DNA from: a bacterium
Lineage (GTDB): Bacteria > UBA8248
Length of the DNA stretch: 64,000 nt
Assembly: GCA_965213685.1 (NCBI GenBank)
Contig: CBDBZY010000003.1
Coordinates: 192,001 to 256,000, forward strand
Direction: 5' to 3'
Shown here in pieces: positions 20,224-29,854 of this stretch (its first letter is position 1; the number at the start of each line of letters is the position of its first letter). Below the pieces are notes generated by a model, which saw nothing but the letters and a program-made list of their open reading frames with translations, was not told where the DNA came from and ran no database searches. Made by a program: the position numbers and the translations under genes.

Positions 20224-20619
20224 TCATGGGGCGGATGACGCCCTCTTCCTGTCGATGGCGTTTTTGGCCGCCTGAAGCGCGTGGTTCGTTTTGGGGAATC
20301 CGATATAGGGACACAAGGAGACGATGGCCTCCACCAGCTCCTCGGGCGTCGTCCCCTGGTTCAGCAACCCCTCGGCGTGAATCTCCACTTCGCCCGGAAG
20401 GTCCTGGGCCGCCGCCGCCGCGACGATGAGCATCTCGCGCGTTCGGTGGTCGAGCAGCGGCTGGTTCCAGCAGGTGCCGAAGCAATACTCCACGATGGCG
20501 CGGGTATGCACCGGGGAGAGTTCCTGCATTTCCGTGAACGTGCCCGCAAGGCCGTCCTCTCCGTAAATGCCCAGGGATTTTCTGATTTCCAGACCTTTTT
20601 CATATCGTTTCCCGTCCAT
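20224..20619 (-). CDS. Carboxymuconolactone decarboxylase family protein
   Basis: RYEKGLEIR, EYCFGTCW..LDHRTREM, PYIGFP; AGGAG RBS. Confidence 0.87.
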   Translation of the reverse strand: MDGKRYEKGLEIRKSLGIYGEDGLAGTFTEMQELSPVHTRAIVEYCFGTCWNQPLLDHRTREMLIVAAAAAQDLPGEVEIHAEGLLNQGTTPEELVEAIVSLCPYIGFPKTNHALQAAKNAIDRKRASSAP

Positions 20620-20715
20620 GAAATTCTCCTTTCTCGGCACAGGGCGGATTTTTGCTCGGGTCGGGCCAATGACGTCGAGGCGTCCGGGGTGCCGGGCGGG
20701 GAGCGTTCTCCCTCC

Positions 20716-21114
20716 TCAGCCGCCCTCGCCTTCCGTCTCGCCGGGGCGGGTGAGGATGAAGTAGATGACGCACGCGCAGATGGCGGCGAGCAGGAGTTTC
20801 GCGTATGTCGGCGCCTCGACGAGAAAAAGGGACGTTCCGCCCAGGCTGACGATGAGGAGGGCGGAGGTCCATTTGACCCTGGGGCGGATGACGCCGTGTT
20901 TTTGCCAGTTCGATATCAGGGAGCCGTAGTATTTGTGGCGCAGCAGCCATTGGTGGAGTTTTCGAGAGCTTTTGGAGAAGGCGAAGGCGGCCACGAGCAC
21001 GAACGGGGTGGTGGGAAGAAGCGGCAGAAAGACGCCGATGCACCCCAGCGCCAGGGCGATGAAGCCGAGCGCCAAAAAGAAGGGACGGGATATTTTCTGC
21101 CGCATGATGGTCAT
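20716..21114 (-). CDS. YbaN/DUF454 family membrane protein
   Basis: GVFLPLLPTTPFVLVAAFAFSKSS..LHQWLL. Confidence 0.9.
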   Translation of the reverse strand: MTIMRQKISRPFFLALGFIALALGCIGVFLPLLPTTPFVLVAAFAFSKSSRKLHQWLLRHKYYGSLISNWQKHGVIRPRVKWTSALLIVSLGGTSLFLVEAPTYAKLLLAAICACVIYFILTRPGETEGEGG

Positions 21115-21255
21115 TCCACAAGACGGCGCGCATGGCGGAGCGTCCTGAATCTTCCCCCGAACCGGCGTTTCTCACAACGCCCGCTCCGCTTTCGCGCGCT
21201 GATGTATTAGGATGGGGGACGTGCGACCCTTCTCCCGAACCCCTCTGGAGCCGAC

Positions 21256-22962
21256 ATGTCGATTCAGGAAAAAGTCGAGGCCGATTCGTTGTGGAAGCAT
21301 CTGGAGGGCATATGCCAATGGGAGAGATATACGGGAACCGAGGGCGAGAACGCGGCGGTTCGCTATATCGAGGCGGAGCTCTCGAAACGGGGAATCGACG
21401 TCGCCGTTCACGAGTTTGAATCCCTCATCAGCATACCGGGGGAGGCCTCCCTCCACGTCCTGGGCGCGGGCGGCGGGCGCATTCCCGCCATCACCGCCGT
21501 TTTCGGCGCGTCCACGGGCGCGGCCGGCGTGAGCGGAGACGCGGTCTACGTGGGGGAGGCGGCGCAACCCCATACCCCTTTCACCGACCCGTATTACGCG
21601 GCCGCACCGGAGGGGCGCCCCGTGGCGGGCCGGATCGTCGTGGCGGAGGGCATGGTGAGTCCCGGTCGCTTTTATCACTTCGAGCGGTCGGGCGCCATCG
21701 CCCAGGTCTATGTGAACAGGGGCCTGGCCCATGAGATGACGGTCTCCACCATCTGGGGGGCGCCCACGCCGGAGAGCTTCCCCCGCCTGCCGAAAACCCC
21801 CGTCCTCACCCTCTCGCGCGCGCAAGGCGAGGGCCTCCTCGCGCGCCTGCGCTCGAGGAGGGAGGTCAGGCTCCGCGTTCACGCGAGGACGAACACGGCG
21901 TGGCGGAAAACCCGGATGCCCGTGGCGAGCGTCGCGCCCGGCAATGGCGCGGCGGAATACGTGCTCGTGGGCGGACACATCGACTCCTGGCACGTCGGGG
22001 CGAATGACAACGCGGCGGGCGACGCCACGCTGATGGAGCTGGCGCGTCTCGTCCATGCGCACAGAGGCGAGATGCGGCGCGGGCTGAAGGTCGCCTGGTG
22101 GAATGGGCACTCGCACGGCCGCTTCTCCGGCTCGACCTGGTATGCGGACCACATGTTCCACGAATTGAGGGAAAACTGCGTGGCGTATCTCAACGTCGAT
22201 CAGCCCGGATGCCGGGGGGCGACCCGCTATCGTCCGTTTTGCACGGCGGACATCAGGGACTGGGTGCGCGAGGCGGTGGAGCGTTTCGGCGGCCAGAGCG
22301 TCGCGCCGGACCACCCGCAGAAAATGGCGGACCAGTCCCTGTGGGGGGTGGGGATCCCCTCGTTTTCCTTCCTGCCGGTGCTGCCGCCCGACGCCCCCGA
22401 TCTGCAGAAAGACCATCCGGACAGCGGCTTTCCGGAATACTGGCACCACCCTGCGGATACCCTCGACAAGATGGACAAGGAGTTGTTGGCCGAGCATTGC
22501 CGCCTCTACGCGGGCGCCTTGGAGGAGTTGTGTCGGCTGGAGCGGGTGCCCCTGAACCCGCGCGCGGTGGCGCAGGTTGTGGACGAGGAGGTCGTCCGTC
22601 TCGAGGAATCGGGCGGCGGCGTCGTGGACCTGGGGGATTTGCGCGAGGCGAGCGGGCGCTTTTCTCTCGCGTGCGATGATTGGGACGCGAAGATGGGAGC
22701 CATGGCACCAGCCGAGGCCAACCGGCTTCTCCTCCGCATGAGCCAGGCCGTCAACCCCGTTCTCTACACGCTGGCGGGGCCGTTCGACCATGATCCGGCC
22801 AGCGGCGCGTTCCGGATGCCCGGGCTGCAGTGCGTGAAGCATTACCTGGAGAAAGGGCCCGGCAGCCCGGAGGGGAAGGTCATCTACACGCGCATTCTGC
22901 GGGAGAAGAACCGCGTCGTCTCCGGGCTGAAGGCGGCGAGCGCGCTTGCCGCGTCTTTGTGA
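21256..22962 (+). CDS. M28 family metallopeptidase with PA-like insert
   Basis: GGHIDSWHVGANDNAAG, GHSHGRFSGS, YLNVD, WHHPADTLDK. Confidence 0.88.
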   Translation: MSIQEKVEADSLWKHLEGICQWERYTGTEGENAAVRYIEAELSKRGIDVAVHEFESLISIPGEASLHVLGAGGGRIPAITAVFGASTGAAGVSGDAVYVGEAAQPHTPFTDPYYAAAPEGRPVAGRIVVAEGMVSPGRFYHFERSGAIAQVYVNRGLAHEMTVSTIWGAPTPESFPRLPKTPVLTLSRAQGEGLLARLRSRREVRLRVHARTNTAWRKTRMPVASVAPGNGAAEYVLVGGHIDSWHVGANDNAAGDATLMELARLVHAHRGEMRRGLKVAWWNGHSHGRFSGSTWYADHMFHELRENCVAYLNVDQPGCRGATRYRPFCTADIRDWVREAVERFGGQSVAPDHPQKMADQSLWGVGIPSFSFLPVLPPDAPDLQKDHPDSGFPEYWHHPADTLDKMDKELLAEHCRLYAGALEELCRLERVPLNPRAVAQVVDEEVVRLEESGGGVVDLGDLREASGRFSLACDDWDAKMGAMAPAEANRLLLRMSQAVNPVLYTLAGPFDHDPASGAFRMPGLQCVKHYLEKGPGSPEGKVIYTRILREKNRVVSGLKAASALAASL

Positions 22963-22984
22963 GCGGGGCGAACGCCCTTGCGCC

Positions 22985-23914
22985 TCAGCGCACCCGCAGG
23001 ACGATCTTTCCCCGAACGTGTCCCGCCTTGCTCAGCTCCTGGGCCGCCGCCGCGTCGGCCAGCGGCATCTCCCGTATCTGTGGAGGGCGCACTGCGCCTG
23101 CGGCGACGAGCGCGACGATCCTCTCGAGATGCGCCCGATCCCGCCGCACGTCGGGGCGGAGGACGGAGACGTCGTTGCGCGGCGGCCTGAACCCCGCAGG
23201 CCCCGCCGCGATGTGCGCCAGCCGGCCCCCCGGCTTGAGGGCGGAGAAGCTGCGCGCATGCACCCGCCCGCCAACGGTGTCGAAGATGACGTCGCAGGGA
23301 GGGACGATTTTCGTGAAATCGGCCTTTCTGTAGTCGATGGCGTGGTGGGCGCCCAGCTGTTGGACGTATGCGTGGTTGGCCTCGCTTGCCGTGGCGTAGA
23401 CCGTGGCGCCTGCGTGCCGGGCGTATTGCACGGCGAAACTGCCCACGCCCCCCGCGCCCGCGTGGATCAGCGCGATCTCGCCGGCTCGCAGCCTCGCGTC
23501 GTCCTCGAGGGCGGTGAGCGCGGTCAGGCCCGTGATGGCGAGGGCCGCCGCCTCCGCGTGGGAGAGGAAGTCCGGCTTCCGCGCCGCGAGGGATGCGGGT
23601 ATGGCGATGGCCTCCGCGTAGGCACCCTCGCAGCCTTGTTCGTTGACGGCGAACACGGGGTCTCCCGGTTGAAAATCGAGGACGCCCGCCCCCCTCTCCC
23701 GGACGACGCCGGAGAAGTCCCTCCCCAGAATGTGGGGGAAGCGGGCCTTGACGTCCCCTTTGCGGAGTCCTTCGCGCACCTTCCAGTCGGCCGGGTTCAC
23801 GCTCGCCGCGTGAATGTCGACGAGGATTTCCCCCGGCCCCGCCGCAGGGTCGGGGGCGTCTTCATACGCGAGCGTCTCCGGGCCGCCAAAGCCCCTCATC
23901 CGGATGGCTTTCAC
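22985..23914 (-). CDS. NADP-dependent oxidoreductase (MDR/quinone reductase-like)
   Basis: AASVNPADWK, GRDFSG, IHAGAGGVG, GHVRGKIVL. Confidence 0.92.
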   Translation of the reverse strand: MKAIRMRGFGGPETLAYEDAPDPAAGPGEILVDIHAASVNPADWKVREGLRKGDVKARFPHILGRDFSGVVRERGAGVLDFQPGDPVFAVNEQGCEGAYAEAIAIPASLAARKPDFLSHAEAAALAITGLTALTALEDDARLRAGEIALIHAGAGGVGSFAVQYARHAGATVYATASEANHAYVQQLGAHHAIDYRKADFTKIVPPCDVIFDTVGGRVHARSFSALKPGGRLAHIAAGPAGFRPPRNDVSVLRPDVRRDRAHLERIVALVAAGAVRPPQIREMPLADAAAAQELSKAGHVRGKIVLRVR

Positions 23915-24093
23915 CTCATCCTCCCTCGCGACCGGGGGTGGGGGGAGTTTCTCTCATGCGAGATCCGCGAAAGGCCCCGCGTCCTCCTCCAGCCCCAGAT
24001 GATGGGCGCGTATATGGTTCGACAGGGCGAGTTTTTCCCGGTCGGCGTCCCCCTGGTGCGCGCCGACGCCGCCGTGCGGACGCCGCCGCCCGG

Positions 24094-24570
24094 TCAGCGG
24101 GAGGAGAACAACGCGCTCGCGACTCCCAGCAGATGATAGCGCACGGTCAGCACCAGCGTCTTTTCGACGTAGGGGAGGGGAGCCGCTTTTCGCACCGCCT
24201 CCAGGGAGGCGCGGTCCAGGACGGCGTTGCCGGACGTTCTCTTGATTCTGAGGCCGCCCGGTTTCCCGTCCGGTAGAATTTGAAAGCTGACGGTGGATGC
24301 GCCCTCGACCCCCGCTCTGCGGGCGATGCCCGGGTAGTGCTGGTGGCGTCGGATGCGTCTGACGATCGCGCGGAGGCGCGCGTCCGCACCCGCCCTCTTC
24401 TTCGTGAAAGTGAAGTGGGGCGTCTCCGTGGACGCCGGACGTCCCGGTTTCGCGCTTGCGGGTCCCGCACTCCCGGACGTTTCCGTTTCCTGGGCGTCCG
24501 GCCACGCGGGCGCGACGAGCAGAAAAGCCAGGAGGCAGAACAGCGTTTTGGCGAAAGAGGCGTTTTTCAT
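24094..24570 (-). CDS. tonB: Energy transducer TonB (short form)
   Basis: N-terminal hydrophobic segment; YPGIARRAGVEG..V.F.I..DG..SGNAVLDRASLEAVRKAAP TonB C-domain; last gene of the receptor operon. Confidence 0.82.
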   Translation of the reverse strand: MKNASFAKTLFCLLAFLLVAPAWPDAQETETSGSAGPASAKPGRPASTETPHFTFTKKRAGADARLRAIVRRIRRHQHYPGIARRAGVEGASTVSFQILPDGKPGGLRIKRTSGNAVLDRASLEAVRKAAPLPYVEKTLVLTVRYHLLGVASALFSSR

Positions 24571-25385
24571 GCGCCTTGCTCCTTGCCCTCTAGGCGTGGG
24601 GACTCCTCCCCCATCGCCCGCATGATGAAGTGGCACTCGCCCTCCCCGTCCACCGGGAGAATCCGGGCGCGCACGCCGAACGCTCTTTCGATGACCTCCG
24701 GCGTCAGAACGCTTCGCGCCTCTCCGTGGGTGAGGATTTCTCCCCCATAGACTACAACAAGGTTGTCGCAGTAGCGATGCGCGAGGTTCAGGTCGTGAAC
24801 CGACGCCACGACGGTTCTCCCCTGCCGGGCCTGCGCGCGCAGGATGTCGAGGATGTCGAGGCAATGCCGTATGTCGAGGTTCGCAAAGGGCTCATCGAGC
24901 AGGAGGACGGGCGCCCGGGAGACCAGCGTCCTCGCTATCAGGACGCGCTGCAGCTCTCCGCCGGATAGTTCGCTGATCAGGCGGCTCCGGAGACCGCTGG
25001 CGTCCACGTCGCGCAGCGCCGCCTCCACCGCCGCGTGATCCTCGGGCGTTTCCGGCGAAAAAGGCCTCCCCCAGTGGGGATATCGCCCCATCAGCACCGT
25101 CTCGTCCACGCGGAAGGGAAACGCCGCGCCCTGCCTTTGGGCGAGATAGCCGACGTGGCGGGCCATCTCCTTTCTGCCGAATGAATCGATGGGCTTTCCG
25201 GCCAGCGTGATTCTTCCCGCCCGGATCGGCAACACGCCCGCCAGGGCGCGCAGCAGCGTCGTCTTCCCGGCCCCGTTTGGGCCGATGACGCCCGTGAGCG
25301 CACCCGGAGGAAAATCCATCGACACGTTGCGCAGCACATCGCGCGCACCGAGTGCGACGCGCGCGTTTTCCACTTTCAGCAGCAT
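24567..25385 (-). CDS. Cobalamin/iron-chelate ABC transporter ATP-binding protein (BtuD-like)
   Basis: GPNGAGKTT, LSGGELQRVLIAR, LLDEP, HDLNLA. Confidence 0.9.
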   Translation of the reverse strand: MLLKVENARVALGARDVLRNVSMDFPPGALTGVIGPNGAGKTTLLRALAGVLPIRAGRITLAGKPIDSFGRKEMARHVGYLAQRQGAAFPFRVDETVLMGRYPHWGRPFSPETPEDHAAVEAALRDVDASGLRSRLISELSGGELQRVLIARTLVSRAPVLLLDEPFANLDIRHCLDILDILRAQARQGRTVVASVHDLNLAHRYCDNLVVVYGGEILTHGEARSVLTPEVIERAFGVRARILPVDGEGECHFIMRAMGEESPRLEGKEQGA

Positions 25386-26419
25386 CAGAACGTCTCCGCC
25401 CCGCGGCGATTTCGGACGATCAGATAGAGGAAAAACGGCCCGCCGACGCTCGACGAGAGAATGCCCAGGCGCATCTCCCCGACGGGCGAGAGCACCCTCG
25501 CGAGCAGGTCCATCCCCATGACGAAGGCGGCCCCCGCGAATACGCTCGCGGGCAGGAGGCGGCGATGGTCCGGCCCCGCCAGCATCCGCACGATGTGCGG
25601 AACGAGCAGGCCTACGAAACCGACGACGCCCGCCACGGCGACGGACGCCCCGGCGGCCGAGGCGGCGATGATCAAAATCCGCCTTTTCGTTCGCGCCGTA
25701 TCCACGCCCAGGGCCATGGCCGACTCCTCTCCCGACATCATCAGGTTCAGCGCGCGCCCCAGGAAGGCGGCGGCGAACGCGGAGGCGGCGAAAAAGGGCG
25801 CGACCAGGATCACGTGCTCCCACGTGCGGTCCGTCAGGCTGCCCATGAGCCAGAACAAAATCTGCCGGCCGACCTCGAAGTCGTTCACGCTGTAGCTCAG
25901 GACGAGCGTCGTCAGCGCACCGGCGATGGAGTTCACCGCCATCCCGCAAAGGATGAGCCCGCCCAGGGGGGTGTGCCCTTTGTGGGTGGCCGCCAGGGAC
26001 ACGCAAAACACGGCGAGCAACGCGCCGCCGAACGCCATGCAGGGAACCGCCCAGATCGAGGCGGCCCCCAGGCCGAGGGCGATGGCCGACGTCGCGCCCA
26101 GCGCACCGCCCGTGCTGATGCCGATCACGCCGGGACTCGCCATCGGGTTGCGGAAAAGGCCCTGGAGCAGCGCGCCCGAGAGGGCGAGCGACGCCCCGAC
26201 GAAAGCGCCCGTCAGCACCCGGGGGATACGGATGTGCCAGATGATGACCCGCGCATGGGCGGGAACGCCGGTTTGCTCCGGGGAGAGCAAGCCCAGTTCC
26301 GTCGCGATGATCTGGAGGATGCTGCGCCCGTCGATGTCCGTGATTCCGACCCGCACCCCGAGTGCGGCGACCAGCGCGGCGATGAAGATCGCCCCCGTCG
26401 TCGTGGCGTATTTGCTCAT
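25385..26419 (-). CDS. FecCD/BtuC family permease
   Basis: IRIPRV, QGLFRNPMASP..IGIS.G, WLMGSL, GFVGLLVPHIVR. Confidence 0.92.
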   Translation of the reverse strand: MSKYATTTGAIFIAALVAALGVRVGITDIDGRSILQIIATELGLLSPEQTGVPAHARVIIWHIRIPRVLTGAFVGASLALSGALLQGLFRNPMASPGVIGISTGGALGATSAIALGLGAASIWAVPCMAFGGALLAVFCVSLAATHKGHTPLGGLILCGMAVNSIAGALTTLVLSYSVNDFEVGRQILFWLMGSLTDRTWEHVILVAPFFAASAFAAAFLGRALNLMMSGEESAMALGVDTARTKRRILIIAASAAGASVAVAGVVGFVGLLVPHIVRMLAGPDHRRLLPASVFAGAAFVMGMDLLARVLSPVGEMRLGILSSSVGGPFFLYLIVRNRRGAETF

Positions 26420-27270
26420 GGGTACAGCACTCTCGCCAGATCCGCCAGGCCGCGAACGATGTATTGCGACACGCTCGAGAAACGGGGAGAGGGGATCTCG
26501 ATGATTCTCTTGTCCCGCAGGGGGGCGTAGGCCTCCCGCGCGCGGAGCGTGGACCGGAGGCTTCTCCCCGACATGGGGTTCGCGCCGACCAGGATGACCT
26601 CGGGGTTCCAGGCGATGGCCTGCTCCGCCGATATTCGGCGGGTGCCGCGGACGCCGCGCGCGGCGGCGACGTTCCTGCCCCCCGCCAGGCGAATCATCGC
26701 GTCCAGCGAGGTGTCCCTCCCCGCCGTCCATCCCCCTCCCATGAGGGGGAGGATGCGGGGCGCTCTCGCGCGCGGGGGGATGCGGGAGCGGATGGCGCGA
26801 ATCCGCCCCCGCGCGCGCAGGACGAGATTTCGGGCCTTCTCCTCTTCTCCCACCACGCGCCCCATCTGCAGGATGTTCCCGAAAATATCCTCCACGCCTG
26901 CGAAGGCGGAGAACTGAAAGACCGGAACCCCAGCGGTGCGCAGGTGCTTCAGAAAGCCGGCGCTCGAGTAGGAGGCGACGAACACCATGTCCGGACGCAG
27001 GGAGATGATTTTCTCGGGCGCGCTTCCGATCAGCGGAATGTCGCGAATCCTGTCCGCGATGTTGGAATAGGCGGCGTCTCCGGCCAGCTTGTGAAGCCCG
27101 ACGATCCTCCTCCTGTCCACCAGGTCCATGAGCATCTCCGCGCTCGCGAGCGTCATGGCGATGAGGCGGCCGGGCTTTTGCGCCGCGCGCGCGGACGTCC
27201 CCGGGGCGGGAGCGGAGAGGGCGAGACAGAGGGCGACCGCCCAGAGCGCGCGTTTTCGCTTTCTGTCCAT
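26416..27270 (-). CDS. Periplasmic substrate-binding protein (BtuF-like)
   Basis: Signal peptide, EKIISLRPDMV, IRLAGGRNVA, WNPEVI. Confidence 0.88.
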   Translation of the reverse strand: MDRKRKRALWAVALCLALSAPAPGTSARAAQKPGRLIAMTLASAEMLMDLVDRRRIVGLHKLAGDAAYSNIADRIRDIPLIGSAPEKIISLRPDMVFVASYSSAGFLKHLRTAGVPVFQFSAFAGVEDIFGNILQMGRVVGEEEKARNLVLRARGRIRAIRSRIPPRARAPRILPLMGGGWTAGRDTSLDAMIRLAGGRNVAAARGVRGTRRISAEQAIAWNPEVILVGANPMSGRSLRSTLRAREAYAPLRDKRIIEIPSPRFSSVSQYIVRGLADLARVLYP

Positions 27271-27319
27271 CCGCGTCCGATTCTCCTTGCGCGCGCCATG
27301 TTTCCGGCGGGCCGGCCCC

Positions 27320-29401
27320 TCAGAACGTCAGCCGGACGCCCCCGAACCACTGGATGCCGGGTGCGTTGTAGTTCAGCGGGTCGTCATAGTCCGCATCGAG
27401 GAGGTTGCTCACCTTTATCTCCACCGCCAAATCTTGGAGCCTCGACCTTCCGCTTTTGTCGAACATCGAAACGCGGTCCTGGACGATGTGGAGAGAGAGG
27501 GCCAGGTCGATTTTGGTGAACCCCGGATTGTTCGTCCTCGGGGAGACGTAGGAGCCCGAGACGAAGGGCGTGAAATCGCTGTCCGGCCGTTCACTCACCT
27601 GGTTCACCCGCAGGGTGGCTTTCCACCGTTCCGGATGGTAGGCAATCGAACCGCTCCACCACCAGTTCGGACGCCGGAGAAGCTCCTCGCCTTCCACGAA
27701 ATTGGCGCCGCCCCTGCCGTCCTGATCGTCGAGGACGACGGTGTCCATGGTGTTGAAGCTCGCATGTGCCGAAAAATGGTGAAAATCGACGAGGGAGAGG
27801 GAGAATTCCGCACCCCGCATCCGCACCTTCGAGATGTTCTCGTAATTCAGGCCGTTGGGAAACGGGAGGAAGCTGTAGGCGATCAGGTCCCGCACTTCGT
27901 TTTCGTAATAGGTGGCGCTGAAGCGGAGCTTTCTGCTTCCGATGAACTGATCGAAGCCCGCCTCCCAGCTTTCCTGCTTCTCGCTCTTGAGGTTCGGGTT
28001 TCCGCGTCCGAAGACGTCGAACAGGTCAAAAAAGGCGGGGCGCTTGACCCCCTCGCCCACCGCGCCGCGCACCCGGGTGCCGGTGCGTGGAACCTGATAC
28101 GAGGCGGAAATTTTTCCGGTCGTCTCGTCTTTGCCGACGTCGAAATCATCCACGCGCACCCCGCCCGCGAGGGTGAGGCCGCCTTGAAACTGGAGTTGCT
28201 GGTGCGCGTAGAAGGACCCCGCCCGCCTCGCGTAGCTCTCTTTCTCGAAATACTTCTCCTCCTCCCACTCGAAGCCGAGCGTGGAGATGGACTGCCGCAG
28301 GCGCCGGAGGCCGAGCTGCTTCCCGGAGAGGCGGACGTTGAACTGGTTGTCGAGGGTGAGCCTCTCCTCGGAGGCTTCTCTGCGGGACGGGGAGAAGAAA
28401 GGGCGCGCGTCGTCGAGGGCGTCCGCCCTGTCTTCATACAGCGTGTCGCGCAAATACAGGGAGAGGCGGGGAACGTACTCGAGCCACGCGGCGGGCCGCA
28501 GCTGCGCGCGCGTCCCGATGAGTTGCGCCGTGTTTCTTTGGTAGGCGTTGAGCTCCCTGTCCGTGAGGGGTGCCTGAAGGCGGAAGTCGGTATTCGTCGC
28601 TCCGGAGTTCGACGTGACGTCGCGCCTGTTCCGGTTGAGGTAGTACAGAAAGCGCACTTGCGCCTTGTCCGAGAAAAAATGATCCAGCCCCACCGTGCCG
28701 ACGGTGCGGTAATACCCGTCGTTGGGGAAGCGCCCGTCCGTGTCGAGGCGGCTCAGGGTGGCCATGTATCCGCTATTTTCCGTCCCGCCCTTGAGCCGGA
28801 ACACCTCCTCATATGTCGAATGGGCGCCATGCCTGACGCTCGTCCGAAAGGTTCGGGCCTCTCCCGGCTTGCCGACGTCCGGGAGGAGGTTGACCACGCC
28901 CGCCGCCGCGTCCGAGCCGTATAGCGGGCTTTGCGGGCCCTTGAGCACCTCCGCCGAGCCGATCCACTCCGGCGAGAGGTGCGAGAAGTCATACGTGTCG
29001 CCGTTGGGAAAGGTGAGCTTGAAGCCGTCGAGCATGACGCTGGTGAAATTGTCCTCGCTGCCCCGGAGCCGAAAGGTCGCCACGCCGCCCCGGCCGCCTG
29101 ATTGCGCGAGGAGACCGCCCGTCGCCTCGACGAGGAAGTCGTTGACGTCGCCGGGGAGGATGCTCTCGATCCGCTGCAGGCTGAACACCTCCACCGAATC
29201 GGCCACGTCGCTGAGTTTTTGCGGCGTGCGCGTGGCCGTCACGGTGATGGGGTCGAGATAAATCTCCTCCGTCGAAAGGGCGCTCTGTGCATCCGCGCGG
29301 CTCCCGCCCCCCCACAGGATGAGGGCCGCCATCCACAGGATGAAAGCGCTCCGCTGGAATCTGCTGCGAGATTTTCTGGATTTTCGCGCGGGATGCTTCA
29401 T
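27320..29401 (-). CDS. btuB: TonB-dependent receptor, probably for cobalamin (BtuB-like)
   Basis: TonB box DPITVTATR, plug LRG..V.LDG, EVLKGPQSPLYGSDA.AGVVN, GNPNLKSE, C-terminal Phe; cobalamin riboswitch upstream. Confidence 0.85.
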   Translation of the reverse strand: MKHPARKSRKSRSRFQRSAFILWMAALILWGGGSRADAQSALSTEEIYLDPITVTATRTPQKLSDVADSVEVFSLQRIESILPGDVNDFLVEATGGLLAQSGGRGGVATFRLRGSEDNFTSVMLDGFKLTFPNGDTYDFSHLSPEWIGSAEVLKGPQSPLYGSDAAAGVVNLLPDVGKPGEARTFRTSVRHGAHSTYEEVFRLKGGTENSGYMATLSRLDTDGRFPNDGYYRTVGTVGLDHFFSDKAQVRFLYYLNRNRRDVTSNSGATNTDFRLQAPLTDRELNAYQRNTAQLIGTRAQLRPAAWLEYVPRLSLYLRDTLYEDRADALDDARPFFSPSRREASEERLTLDNQFNVRLSGKQLGLRRLRQSISTLGFEWEEEKYFEKESYARRAGSFYAHQQLQFQGGLTLAGGVRVDDFDVGKDETTGKISASYQVPRTGTRVRGAVGEGVKRPAFFDLFDVFGRGNPNLKSEKQESWEAGFDQFIGSRKLRFSATYYENEVRDLIAYSFLPFPNGLNYENISKVRMRGAEFSLSLVDFHHFSAHASFNTMDTVVLDDQDGRGGANFVEGEELLRRPNWWWSGSIAYHPERWKATLRVNQVSERPDSDFTPFVSGSYVSPRTNNPGFTKIDLALSLHIVQDRVSMFDKSGRSRLQDLAVEIKVSNLLDADYDDPLNYNAPGIQWFGGVRLTF

Positions 29402-29468
29402 GGCGGCGCACCTCCTCGAGCGGCCCAAGCACTCGAAATGGACCCCTTGCGGGGCCTTGTGGAAGATG

Positions 29469-29610
29469 CCGCAGGCCGGTCTCCTGGCTCGCGCCGATGG
29501 CCGCCTTTCATTCCTTCCCGGGATTAAGTCCCGGTGGATTGCATGAAAAGCGCGTCGCTTACAGTTGCTGGGCAGCTCCGGTCTTTCACCGGATTCCCGA
29601 ACACCTGCGG
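29469..29610 (-). promoter_or_regulatory. Cobalamin riboswitch (canonical, gene-proximal)
   Basis: Minus strand: CCGCAGG..GGGAATCCGGTGAAAGACCGG..CTGCCCAGCAACTGTAA..CCACCGGGA..GGGAAGG..GAGCCAGGAGACC..CCTGCGG (P1 closure and B12 box). Confidence 0.93.
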
Positions 29611-29635
29611 GCTGTTTTCCCGGCGGATGGTCTCC

Positions 29636-29779
29636 ACCGGTTGTCTGGCTTCCGGGTATCCCTCCTCACGACCCCTTCCTGGCGGAACGCGCCAGCGGTT
29701 TCCGTTCCCGGTTACAGGATGTGGCGGGTCCCGCACCGGCTTCCGGCCGGCTTTCTCTCGAGAGAAAGCCCCCACCTGT
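29636..29779 (-). promoter_or_regulatory. Second, variant or degenerate cobalamin riboswitch (upstream)
   Basis: Minus strand: ACAGGT, 22-bp palindromic stem, CGGAAGCCGGTG, CTGTAAC, CCGCTGG..CCAGGAAGG, AAGCCAGACAACC; P4/P5 core deviates from consensus. Confidence 0.65.
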
Positions 29780-29854
29780 CATATATGAAGAATATGACGA
29801 GCGGCAGCTGCGTTATCCGTTGTCCCGGAAATCGCCGCGCGGCAATGCGGAGGC

